A stretch of 32,000 nt of DNA, taken from assembly GCF_000014265.1 (NCBI RefSeq), contig NC_008312.1, forward strand, positions 6,330,001-6,362,000, written 5' to 3'. Of the stretch, positions 7,911-16,578 are shown one piece after another. Origin of the DNA: Trichodesmium erythraeum IMS101. Its GTDB lineage: Bacteria > Cyanobacteriota > Cyanobacteriia > Cyanobacteriales > Microcoleaceae. Numbering within the stretch: the first letter of the stretch is position 1; the number at the start of each line of letters is the position of its first letter. Under the pieces are notes generated by a model. The model was not told where the DNA came from, ran no database searches, and saw only the letters and a program-made list of their open reading frames with translations. Position numbers and translations under genes: made by a program.

Positions 7911-8711
7911 TGTTAAATTATAAGAGAATAGATAATTTTTGGTAAATATAGAAGTGTTAAGTTTTCAGCTTTGAAAATTTAAAACAAAGCCAAGAGCAGA
8001 AACCAATTATTTTTCTGAAAGCGACAAAATCTCTCCGCTAATTTATGGATTTGATAAATTTAAAGTTCAAGCTGTCCATTGTCTACATGATCCACATAAG
8101 CTATGAAGCGGAGAGTACCTAAGTCGCCTGTTGAAGTATTTTTTAGGGGTGGGTTAGAGTATTTATAGGTTGAATATTTTTGATGGTAGGGGATTGAAAA
8201 AGTATTTTGAGGGAGTTTTTTGTAAGGATAAATTAAAATTATAGTTCAATACGGTTTACTTAAGGATTTTTTTCTGGGGCTTATCTAATGTGAATAATGA
8301 CTTATTGTGGTGCCGTACTTTATGAGTCTTGAATATTATCTGAACTTTATTGAATTATAGAGGAAATAGACGTAAGAATAGTACCTGAATTTTTATGCTC
8401 TTGTCTGACAAAACTGCTAATTTTTTAGGCTGTTTAAACTGAAAACCTAGCAATTTTTGAAGTAAAAAGTCTTTTAGTCTCTCTCTGTAAATACTGTGAG
8501 AGTTAATAAGTAATTCCTAAATAAATGGGAATTGGGGGGGAAGAGGGAAATTTTGGTATAAGAATGAGGGTTTAATATTCCTTGTAATTAACGAGGGGCT
8601 TAATTGAGGATAAAGTCAAACTTTACCCAGACGACAAAGTTTTTTCGACCTAATTTACCTAATCAAGGATATTCTTGAATCCTGATTATTATCATTAGTA
8701 GGCAAAAAAAT

Positions 8712-9935
8712 ATGAATGACAAAATAATTAATACAAATCCATTAAAGTCTAAAATAATTATACAAAATCTAATTAAAATCTACGGTAAAAAACATCGTGC
8801 TGCTCTTAAATTATTTCGGGAGGGAAAAACAAGGGACGATATATTACAGTCTACAGGTAATGTTTTGGGATTAGCTGATGTATCTATTGATATTGGTACA
8901 GGGGAATTATTTGTGGTAATGGGGTTATCTGGTTCGGGAAAGTCTACCCTAGTTCGCTGCATTAATCGTTTAGTTGATCCGACAAGTGGACATATTTATA
9001 TTGATGGTGAAGATATTGCTCATGCTGATGAGAAACGGATGCGAGATATACGACTGAATAAAGTTTCGATGGTATTTCAACGCTTTGGGTTATTTCCTCA
9101 CAAAACAGTAGCGGAAAATGTAGAGTATGGCCTAAAGGTACGGGGGGTTTCAACAACTCATCGTCGTCAGAAAGCTTTAGAAACATTGGAGGTTGTTGGT
9201 TTAGAGAAATGGGCAAATTATCAACCTACTTCTTTGAGTGGGGGAATGCAGCAACGGGTGGGTTTGGCTCGTGCTTTGGCGACTGATGCAGATATTTTAT
9301 TGATGGACGAAGCTTTTAGCGCTCTTGACCCACTGACTAGGGGAGAGATGCAGGATGAATTGTTACGACTTCAGAAAGAATTGCATAAGACTATAGTTTT
9401 TATTAGCCATGATATGCAAGAAGGTTTGAAGTTGGGCGATCGCATTGCGGTTATGAAAGATGGTGCAATTGTCCAATTGGGGACTCCTGAAGAATTAGTT
9501 ACTAATCCTAAAAATGATTATATTAAGGCTTTTACTGAAGAAGTAAATTCAGCACAAGTTATTACGGTAGGGTCAATTATTAGTAAAAGAACTTCCCTGA
9601 TAATTGGTCAAAATTCTGTTAGCTATGGTTTGGAGGAAATGTTAAAGGATAACCTTCAACTTTTGTATGTAGTTGATGAGTACAATAAACCTATTGGTTT
9701 GTTGAAAAGAGAAGGTTTGCAAGAGTTTATCAAACAGGGAGAGGAAGATTTTAGGGCAATTATGGAAACTGATTTTCCGATAGTCAATAGTTCTACTCCC
9801 TTGGAGGATATTTTTTACCTTTACAAACAGGGTTTTCCTCTGGCGGTGGTTAATGACAAAAAAGAATTTCAAGGTATGGTAGAGGCAGTTGATGTACTGA
9901 CGAGTTTGGGAAAACCAAATAAAAATTATGGTTAA
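8712..9935 (+). CDS. proV: Glycine betaine/proline-type ABC transporter ATP-binding subunit (ProV/OpuAA) with C-terminal tandem CBS region
   Basis: 407 aa. Walker A GLSGSGKST, signature LSGGMQQRV, Walker B ILLMDEAFSALD, H-loop FISHD. The N-terminal leader ...ILQSTGNVLGLADVSIDI... is typical of ProV/OpuAA, and there is a ~130-aa C-terminal extension. Confidence 0.9.
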   Translation: MNDKIINTNPLKSKIIIQNLIKIYGKKHRAALKLFREGKTRDDILQSTGNVLGLADVSIDIGTGELFVVMGLSGSGKSTLVRCINRLVDPTSGHIYIDGEDIAHADEKRMRDIRLNKVSMVFQRFGLFPHKTVAENVEYGLKVRGVSTTHRRQKALETLEVVGLEKWANYQPTSLSGGMQQRVGLARALATDADILLMDEAFSALDPLTRGEMQDELLRLQKELHKTIVFISHDMQEGLKLGDRIAVMKDGAIVQLGTPEELVTNPKNDYIKAFTEEVNSAQVITVGSIISKRTSLIIGQNSVSYGLEEMLKDNLQLLYVVDEYNKPIGLLKREGLQEFIKQGEEDFRAIMETDFPIVNSSTPLEDIFYLYKQGFPLAVVNDKKEFQGMVEAVDVLTSLGKPNKNYG

Positions 9936-9939
9936 ACCA
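9856..9939 (+). repeat. Direct repeat copy 1, the functional 3' end of proV
   Basis: acaaaaaagaatttcaaggtatggtagaggcagttgatgtactgacgagtttgggaaaaccaaataaaaattatggttaaacca. About 90% identical to 10192-10277. Confidence 0.9.
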
Positions 9940-10191
9940 GTAGTTGATACTTATACTTTATGAGGGTAGAAAATTTTGGGAAAAACTTTTCGAATTCTAA
10001 GCTTTTGTTACTCTTAAGTTGACCAACATTCTTGTAAAAAGTGTATGTGCTAGAAGCCAATTCTTGTTAATACTTTGAGTTTTGAGATTAAGTAATCTTT
10101 TGAGAATAACTGTGTATTTTTCATGGAGACTTAGCTAAAGGATATTGTTGATTTTCACAATACTTGGGTTTCCGCACTTGAGTTGTTAACT

Positions 10192-10277
10192 ACAAAAAAA
10201 AGAATTTCAAGGTATGGTAGAGGCAGTTGATTTACTGACAAGTTTGGGGCAACCAAATCAAAATTTGGATTAAACCA
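10192..10277 (+). repeat. Direct repeat copy 2, a relic copy of the proV 3' end lying immediately upstream of proWX
   Basis: acaaaaaaaagaatttcaaggtatggtagaggcagttgatttactgacaagtttggggcaaccaaatcaaaatttggattaaacca. It still reads EFQGMVEAVDLLTSLGQPNQNLD* in frame, but it is cut off from proV by about 250 bp of unrelated sequence. Confidence 0.9.
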
Positions 10278-10299
10278 ACATTACAGGAGCTAGTCAATT

Positions 10300-12288
10300 G
10301 TGTTTATTTTGAATTATTTATCTTATTACTTGATCACTGAAACTCAAGGAGGATTAAACAATTTATTGAACCCTTTCGAGTCTTATACTTTACCCCTGGA
10401 GGAATGGGTTAACAATTTAGTTGATTTTCTGGTTGACAACTTTCGGTTTATATTCCAAGCTATCAGCTTACCTATTAGCGGAACTCTAAGAATAGTAGAA
10501 TTGACTTTTCTAGCAATTCCGCCTTTAATTTTTCTCATTATCACTGGTTTGCTGGTCTGGCAATTAGCAGGTAGAAAAATAGCTATATACAGTTTTATTT
10601 CTCTTTGTATTATTGGTTTTTGTGGTGCTTGGGAACAATCAATGGTTTCCCTATCTTTAATACTTACTGCTGTAATATTCTGTATGCTTATTGGTATACC
10701 TCTAGGTATTGCTTGTGCCCTGAGCGATCGCTTTAATAAAATCTTGCGACCTCTCCTAGATGGGATGCAAACTCTTCCAACTTTTGTTTATCTGGTACCT
10801 GTAGTAATGCTATTTGGTATTGGCGAAGTTTCTGGTATAATAGCGACTTTTGTTTTTGCAGTTCCTCCTCTAATTCGCCTGACCAACCTGGGCATTAGAC
10901 AGGTGTCCCCAGAAGCGGTAGAGGCTGCACTTGCGTTTGGTTCAACTCGCCAACAAGTTTTGTTGGAAGTGCAAATACCTCTAGCTTTACCTACTATACT
11001 TGCTGGTACGAACCAAGCCATTTTATTAGCCTTATCGATGTCAGTTGTCACCTCAATGATTGGAGTAGAGGGATTAGGACAAATGGTATTACAAGGTTTA
11101 GGACGTTTGAATGTGGGACTAGCGGCAATAGGGGGCTTAGGTATTGTATTAATTGCTATAATGTTAGACCGTATTACTCAAGGTGTTAGTCAAGGTAATA
11201 TTCAGTCTTGGCAAGACCGTGGTCCTATCGGTTGGTGGCGGTCTCGTAAGTTTTTCAAACATCATAAAACAACTTTAGGGATAAGTATTCTGCTTGCCTT
11301 GTTAGTTGGTGTGACAGGTTGGCAATTAATGTCTCAAAAAAATATCAAGTCAACTGAGCATCTACTGCCAGGGGAAGGAGTAGTGGTGCGTCCAACTTCT
11401 GGCTTAGAAACCTACGGTATATTCACCACAGAAATTGTGAATATTGGACTGGAAAAATTAGGATATGAGATAAGAGGTGAAAAGCAACTGAATGTTCCAG
11501 CAATGCATCTGGCTGTTAGCAATGGAGATTTAGATTTTGCTGGAACCCATTGGGAAGCTAGCCATCAAGAATTTTTTGACAATAATGGTGGGGAAGAAAA
11601 ATTAGAACGGCTAGGAACTCTGATTTCTAATTCTACTATGGGGTATCAGATAGATAAAAAAACAGCAGATAAGTACAATATTACTAATATATCACAACTT
11701 AAAGAACCAAAAATTGCTAAACTTTTTGACTCTGATGGTGATGGTAAGGCAAATTTAATTGGTTGTACTGCTGGTTGGTCGTGCGAAAGAGTCATAAATC
11801 ATCATTTAGAGGTTTATGGACTTGAAGATACTGTTGAGCAAATTCAAGGAAATTATTCTTCTTTGTTGGCAGATATTTTAGTTCGTTATCGTCAAGGAAA
11901 ACCAATTTTATTTTTTGCTTGGAAACCCCATTGGTTTTCTTCTATTTTAAGAGAAGGAGAAAATGTAGAATGGTTGAGTGTTCCTTTTACATCTTTGGTA
12001 GGAACTATGGAAAACTTCACGGAAAAAGATACTTTATTTAATGATAAAAATATCGGTTTTCCTATTGATAATGTCAGGATATTAGCTAATAAGAAATTCT
12101 TGAAGGCTAACCCAGTTGCTAAACGTTTATTTGAACAGATTGAGATTCCTTTAGAGGATGTTAGTATTGAACAGGAAAAAGTAAAAAATGGAGAAAATAA
12201 ACCTATTGATATTCGCCATCATGCTGAGGAATGGATAGTTAATCATCAAGGGTTATTTGATAGTTGGTTAGAAATAGCAAAAAGTTAA
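10300..12288 (+). CDS. Fused betaine ABC transporter permease (ProW) and periplasmic substrate-binding domain (ProX-type)
   Basis: 662 aa. The N-terminal half aligns by eye with E. coli ProW (PLEEWVNNLVDFLVDNFRFIFQ; LLDGMQTLPTFVYLVPVVMLFGIG; EAALAFGSTRQQVLLEVQIPLALPTILAGTNQA). An extra TM segment is followed by a ProX-like domain (YQIDKKTADKYNITNISQLKEPKIAKLFDSDGDGKANLIGCTAGWSCE...GNYSSLLAD...YRQGKPILFFAWKPHW). The GTG start at 10300 is uncertain, and an in-frame TTG further downstream is possible. Confidence 0.88.
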   Translation: MFILNYLSYYLITETQGGLNNLLNPFESYTLPLEEWVNNLVDFLVDNFRFIFQAISLPISGTLRIVELTFLAIPPLIFLIITGLLVWQLAGRKIAIYSFISLCIIGFCGAWEQSMVSLSLILTAVIFCMLIGIPLGIACALSDRFNKILRPLLDGMQTLPTFVYLVPVVMLFGIGEVSGIIATFVFAVPPLIRLTNLGIRQVSPEAVEAALAFGSTRQQVLLEVQIPLALPTILAGTNQAILLALSMSVVTSMIGVEGLGQMVLQGLGRLNVGLAAIGGLGIVLIAIMLDRITQGVSQGNIQSWQDRGPIGWWRSRKFFKHHKTTLGISILLALLVGVTGWQLMSQKNIKSTEHLLPGEGVVVRPTSGLETYGIFTTEIVNIGLEKLGYEIRGEKQLNVPAMHLAVSNGDLDFAGTHWEASHQEFFDNNGGEEKLERLGTLISNSTMGYQIDKKTADKYNITNISQLKEPKIAKLFDSDGDGKANLIGCTAGWSCERVINHHLEVYGLEDTVEQIQGNYSSLLADILVRYRQGKPILFFAWKPHWFSSILREGENVEWLSVPFTSLVGTMENFTEKDTLFNDKNIGFPIDNVRILANKKFLKANPVAKRLFEQIEIPLEDVSIEQEKVKNGENKPIDIRHHAEEWIVNHQGLFDSWLEIAKS

Positions 12289-12450
12289 ATTTTAGTGTTA
12301 GTTTGTTGATAAGTTTGTTAGAGATTATTTATTGTTAAATTTATGACTTAAGTAGTCACGGTCTAGGTTTTTAGAATAAGTCGTTATTTTTAACAATAGA
12401 TAGCTAGAAAAAATGAGACTTACACAGAGAATATGAAACTATAGATCATT

Positions 12451-12490
12451 TGTAGGGGTTAACTTCTATTAACTCCTACAATATATTTTG
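12451..12490 (+). terminator. Rho-independent terminator candidate downstream of proWX
   Basis: 12-bp stem tgtaggggttaa / ttaactcctaca with one G-U pair and a 6-nt loop, followed by atatattttg. Confidence 0.5.
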
Positions 12491-12796
12491 ATTAAGCCTA
12501 ATTTCTAAAAAAATCGGGGTTTTTTTTAGCTACCCCACTTAAGTCGTAAAACATTAACATCCTGCTGTACAATAACTATACAATTACGGAATTCAGTAGG
12601 TAAAATCTGGTAATGCCATTCAAAGATATTTGCTTCTTGCTTCAACTACCGGAGGTTGGCTTTGTCGAGTTCACAAGCATAAATTCAGATAAAGGCTACC
12701 AGATAAGTTTGATTAATTTCCCTATACTGAGATTACAAGGGTTTTATATCAGCTTAAGTGAATAAACATTAGTAAATCAACAATAGTTAACTAACC

Positions 12797-13378
12797 TCAA
12801 CTTCTAGCAGCATTTTTTTGAACAATTTCTTCTAATTGTTTGCGAGTAATACAACGGCGTTCAGAACAATAAGCCATTAAATTAACACCATTCATCATTC
12901 GCACTGTATTAATTCGTACCCGAAAATCATCAGTCAAAAACCAACAACGTTCTTGTCCTTGATTTTTTTCATATTCTGTGTCAATTGTTAAGACTCCATC
13001 GTTGGTAAAATGATATCTACTCACTACAGGAATACTTTCAATATAACCACGATTACGCAAAAATTTTCCAGTTCTACCTGTTTGAGAATCAGGAATATCA
13101 ACTAGAATAGCACTATAATTTGGGTTAGGTTCACCATGATCTAAATTATCTTGCCAGTTAAAACTTGCACCACCTTTTGCTAAAGCTGGGTTGACTTTTT
13201 GCTGTTCACAAACTTTGATAACTTTGGGGTCATCTTTTGTTAAAACTTTGACAAGTATATTAGATTTTCCTGATTCATCTTGAGCAGAATCAAAATGATG
13301 AACAGTACGTTGAGAAAACCATGTTCCCTCGCTTTTGAGAAAAAAATCCATCATTGTCATTGGTGGTTTTAACTTCAT
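12797..13378 (-). CDS. Phycobiliprotein bilin lyase, CpcS/CpcU family
   Basis: 193 aa. MDFFLKSEGTWFSQRTVHHFD... at the N-terminus, then GKFLRNRGYIE...TEYEKNQGQERCWFLTDDFRVRINTV...MAYCSERR. The true start may be one of the internal Met codons (MTMMDFF), 6-9 codons downstream. Confidence 0.8.
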   Translation of the reverse strand: MKLKPPMTMMDFFLKSEGTWFSQRTVHHFDSAQDESGKSNILVKVLTKDDPKVIKVCEQQKVNPALAKGGASFNWQDNLDHGEPNPNYSAILVDIPDSQTGRTGKFLRNRGYIESIPVVSRYHFTNDGVLTIDTEYEKNQGQERCWFLTDDFRVRINTVRMMNGVNLMAYCSERRCITRKQLEEIVQKNAARS

Positions 13379-13753
13379 TTTTTACTCTTAAAGTTTTATT
13401 GACAAATGTCAGATTTTTAGTTAAGAAAATTAACAAAAATCTAGTTGAAAGTTATAAGATTATAGGATAAATCTAATGGAGGCTTTTGAGTAGATAATTA
13501 ACGAATCTATATATATCAAAGTTATCAAAATATATCTCAAATCTGAAAAGTATTGCTAAATATTCTTGAAAGGAGAGAGGAAAGAATAGGGAGACGTAAA
13601 AATGAGATGTCAGATATTCACCCTTTTATTATAATCATTAAAAATATTACTTAATTTTATTGATTATTTAATAGATGAAGTGTTAAATAAGTGCCATATT
13701 ATTTTTGGTAACTTATATGATCTACTGTAAATAAAAAAATATTTTTAGCCAAA

Positions 13754-14590
13754 ATGCAGTTTCAATCAGCTACAGAAATTATTCAAGCTTATCAGCAAGA
13801 TAAAAATCTTATTGCTAGTAATTTAGAAGGTATAGATATTAGTGAAATTGAACTATATGAAGTTAATCTGAGCAAAAGTAATTTACGACAAGCTAAGTTA
13901 CATAATACTATTCTTATTGGAGCTAACTTAATTGAAGCTGACTTGAGTGGAGTTAACCTTAAAGGTGCTGATTTACGTGGAGCTAACCTTCAAGGTGCGA
14001 ACTTGAATGGGGCAGATTTAACTAATACTTATTTGAATAGAGCTGAACTACAAAATGCTAATTTTACTAACGCTAATTTAGAAGGTGCTAAATTACAGGT
14101 AGCATACTATGATAGTTACACTGTTTGGCCTGAAGGATTTCCTTACAAAAAATCAGGTGCAGTTGGACCTGGGGCGAACTTAAGCGGAGCTTTCTTAAAT
14201 ACAGCTGATCTTAAAGGTGCTGACTTACGGGGTGCAAATTTGCGAGGTTCTTATCTGAGTGGTGCTGACTTACGGGGTGCAAATTTGCAAGGTGCGGCTT
14301 TGAGCGGGGCAAATATGAAGGGGGCTTTTTTGATAGGTGCTAACTTGCGTGATGCTCTCCTGAATGCTGTGGAGCTGGAAGGGGCAGATTTGCGAGCGGC
14401 TGATTTAACGGGGGCAAGTTTCAATAATGTTATTAGTATTGCTGGAGTTGATTTTACTCTAGCGCAGGGATTGAGTGATGATGTTAGGGGTATGTTATGT
14501 GCATATCCAGGTAAAGATTTGGGTACTTGGAATTCTTTTACTCGCACTAATACACAGAGTAGTTTATTATCCCACTTAACTGATCTGTGA
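13754..14590 (+). CDS. Pentapeptide-repeat protein
   Basis: 278 aa. Long runs of A(D/N)LxG units (GADLRGANLQGANLNGADLTNTYLNRAELQNANFTNANLEGAKL...). Confidence 0.85.
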   Translation: MQFQSATEIIQAYQQDKNLIASNLEGIDISEIELYEVNLSKSNLRQAKLHNTILIGANLIEADLSGVNLKGADLRGANLQGANLNGADLTNTYLNRAELQNANFTNANLEGAKLQVAYYDSYTVWPEGFPYKKSGAVGPGANLSGAFLNTADLKGADLRGANLRGSYLSGADLRGANLQGAALSGANMKGAFLIGANLRDALLNAVELEGADLRAADLTGASFNNVISIAGVDFTLAQGLSDDVRGMLCAYPGKDLGTWNSFTRTNTQSSLLSHLTDL

Positions 14591-14999
14591 CTAGTTAGAA
14601 AACTAGGGTTAAATTTGAGGTTGATAGTTTAGAATTCTGGGTACTAATCATACTACAATCTAATATATCTTCTATGGTTAGGGTTGATTGCACTTTATAA
14701 TTATGAATTGTGTATTATGTGCTAAATCACCCTTGCTTCAAAAGTCTAGGTCTTGGTAATTAATTTGGCAGCTCTATCTCTGGTGTGTGAGAGCTCTAGA
14801 CCAAGGCGACATAAGTAATAAAGAAGTTATAATAGATTTTATAAGAATATAAGGATATGCCCTTACAAGATAGCTTTCTACTGAGTATTGCTGACAAATA
14901 TTTAGCTCTTAAATTGTGTCAATTATTATAGTAAATCGCGATCGCTACTTAAATATACTTTTTCCTCAAAAAAGACTAACAAAAAAGACTAAATGGGTT

Positions 15000-15869
15000 T
15001 TATACTTTGCCTCTCCTCTTTGGAACAACAGACCTCATTCCCCCTTTAGTTCCTAACTCGTTCTTTTGATATCTAGGAATAACGTGAATATTAGTATGCA
15101 TCATTTTTTGTCCTCCAGCATGATTAACGTTAATTCCTATATTAAATCCGTCAGGTTGATATTTTTCCTGTAAAATCTTCTGTACTTGATTTACCATTAA
15201 CCAACATTCTAACTGGTCATTTATAGGCAATTCAAAATAATTTTCCTGGTGAAGTTTGGGAATAATTAATGTATGGCCTTTTGTGACTGGGTAACCGTCA
15301 AGTATTGCATAAGCTTTTGCTGATTCTGTAATTAATTGTAGATTTTTACGAGGATTACAAAATAAGCATTTGTTCTCTGAATTTTTTTGCTGATTATAAT
15401 GAGTATATTCATAAATTTCACGAAGTTCATCAGTATAAATAGATTTAAAAGGTAAATTAACTAAACACTGATAAGTTGGTTTTTTGTGTATGTAATGTTC
15501 TCGAAAACCTTCTCCTTTCAAACCTCTTCTCACAGCATAATAAGCTTTTCCTTCAGAGTTTAATAACTGGGAAATTTGCATCAACACTTCGATTTGTGGT
15601 TGTTCAAATAAGACGTTTAAGACATAAAAACAAAGGATAGTATCAAATTTTCCCTGGGGATATTCTGGAAAATAATAAGGGTCGTAACCAATAATATCAA
15701 AGCCTTTTTTTTGTAGTAGTTTAACGTCTTTACCGAGACCACAGCCAAAATCAAGAATTTTACCTACTAGCAAGTTTTGTTTTAGTATTACTTGAGTTGG
15801 AAATGAGATAAATTTACGGTCTATAGCTGTAAGGTGGGTATATTGGTTTGGTTGTTTATTGGTAAACAT
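15000..15869 (-). CDS. Fusion protein: class I SAM-dependent methyltransferase domain plus HIT (histidine triad) domain
   Basis: 289 aa. Methyltransferase motif I ILDFGCGLGKD, acidic post-I DIIGYDP, and motif DTILCFYVLNVL. HIT part: CLFCN...AYAILDGYPVTKGHTLIIPKLH...GFNIGINVNHAGGQKMMHTNIHVIPR. Confidence 0.8.
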   Translation of the reverse strand: MFTNKQPNQYTHLTAIDRKFISFPTQVILKQNLLVGKILDFGCGLGKDVKLLQKKGFDIIGYDPYYFPEYPQGKFDTILCFYVLNVLFEQPQIEVLMQISQLLNSEGKAYYAVRRGLKGEGFREHYIHKKPTYQCLVNLPFKSIYTDELREIYEYTHYNQQKNSENKCLFCNPRKNLQLITESAKAYAILDGYPVTKGHTLIIPKLHQENYFELPINDQLECWLMVNQVQKILQEKYQPDGFNIGINVNHAGGQKMMHTNIHVIPRYQKNELGTKGGMRSVVPKRRGKV

Positions 15870-15871
15870 TG

Positions 15872-15903
15872 GTATGGAGAGGTTAGGGAGTAGGGAAATT
15901 AGG
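15872..15903 (+). repeat. STRR-like degenerate heptamer stretch (ttaggga gtaggga aattagg)
   Basis: Purine-rich 7-nt periodic run directly abutting the start of the minus-strand methyltransferase-HIT gene. Confidence 0.45.
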
Positions 15904-16487
15904 TAAAATAGGATTTTTAACAGGATTTTTTAAGTTTGGGGCTTTTAGGAGTTAACTTACCCCTAGGCTTTCCCGGGAGAGGTAGGGAGGTTGTATTCAA
16001 TGTCCCTAGAAAGAAGCAAACATCAGAATAATTAAGATTAGCTTAAACTGAGTTTTGCAAGAAGGTTTTTCAATTTTCGTTAATTACTTAAGTTTTTGAA
16101 GTGCTATTAATGCTGTTTTAGCATAACATTAATTCATGGGAATTAGTGTAATATATCTTGCTTAGTGGGTAAAAAAGTTTTACTTATAACCTTAAATATT
16201 CTTGACTTATTAAACTGTGAAGATGGGGAGCATAAGCAACTTCTTCAGGGAGGCTATACCCGAGTTCAAGTAGACTAGAATGGGTTTTACTTTTACTCTA
16301 AAAGGAATTTGTATTTAAAGCTATGGGGGTAGTTTTAATTGTTGCCAATTTATATTGGTGACAATACTTGTATTCAGGAAGCAAAATTTTAATTATCTTT
16401 GCCAAAATGATTATTTTTATAAGTAAATTATAAGTATGTTTTCTAGCTGTTTTAATTTGAGGTTTTGCATTTAATTTCTCCCCTTTG

Positions 16488-16526
16488 TTTTATAAATAGG
16501 TTTTATAAATAGGTTTGATAAATAGT
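16488..16526. repeat. 13-bp tandem repeat x3 (ttttataaatagg / ttttataaatagg / tttgataaatagt)
   Basis: Read directly from the sequence. It lies 17 nt before a HIP1 site (16544-16551). Confidence 0.9.
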
Positions 16527-16552
16527 TTGTATTTTAACTTAGAGCGATCGCT

Positions 16553-16578
16553 ATATTTTAGATAAATATTTTAGATAA
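16553..16578. repeat. 13-bp tandem repeat x2 (atattttagataa)
   Basis: Read directly from the sequence. It begins 1 nt after the same HIP1 site. Confidence 0.9.

Noticed and set aside
9940-10191. The insert between the two proV 3'-end copies, considered as a MITE or IS remnant.
   Set aside because: I could find no terminal inverted repeats, no transposase fragment and no short target-site duplication. The flanking repeat is about 85 bp, which is not IS-like. The origin is left open.
8780-11051. Minus-strand ORFs 8780-8962, 8962-9216, 9642-9872 and 10788-11051.
   Set aside because: They are antisense to proV and proWX, which carry strong ABC transporter motifs, and they have no motifs of their own.
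14251-14547. 98-aa minus-strand ORF inside the pentapeptide-repeat gene.
   Set aside because: The repetitive GCN/CTN-rich sense sequence keeps the antisense frame open. The product (KSAP/KFAP repeats) merely mirrors the pentapeptide repeat.
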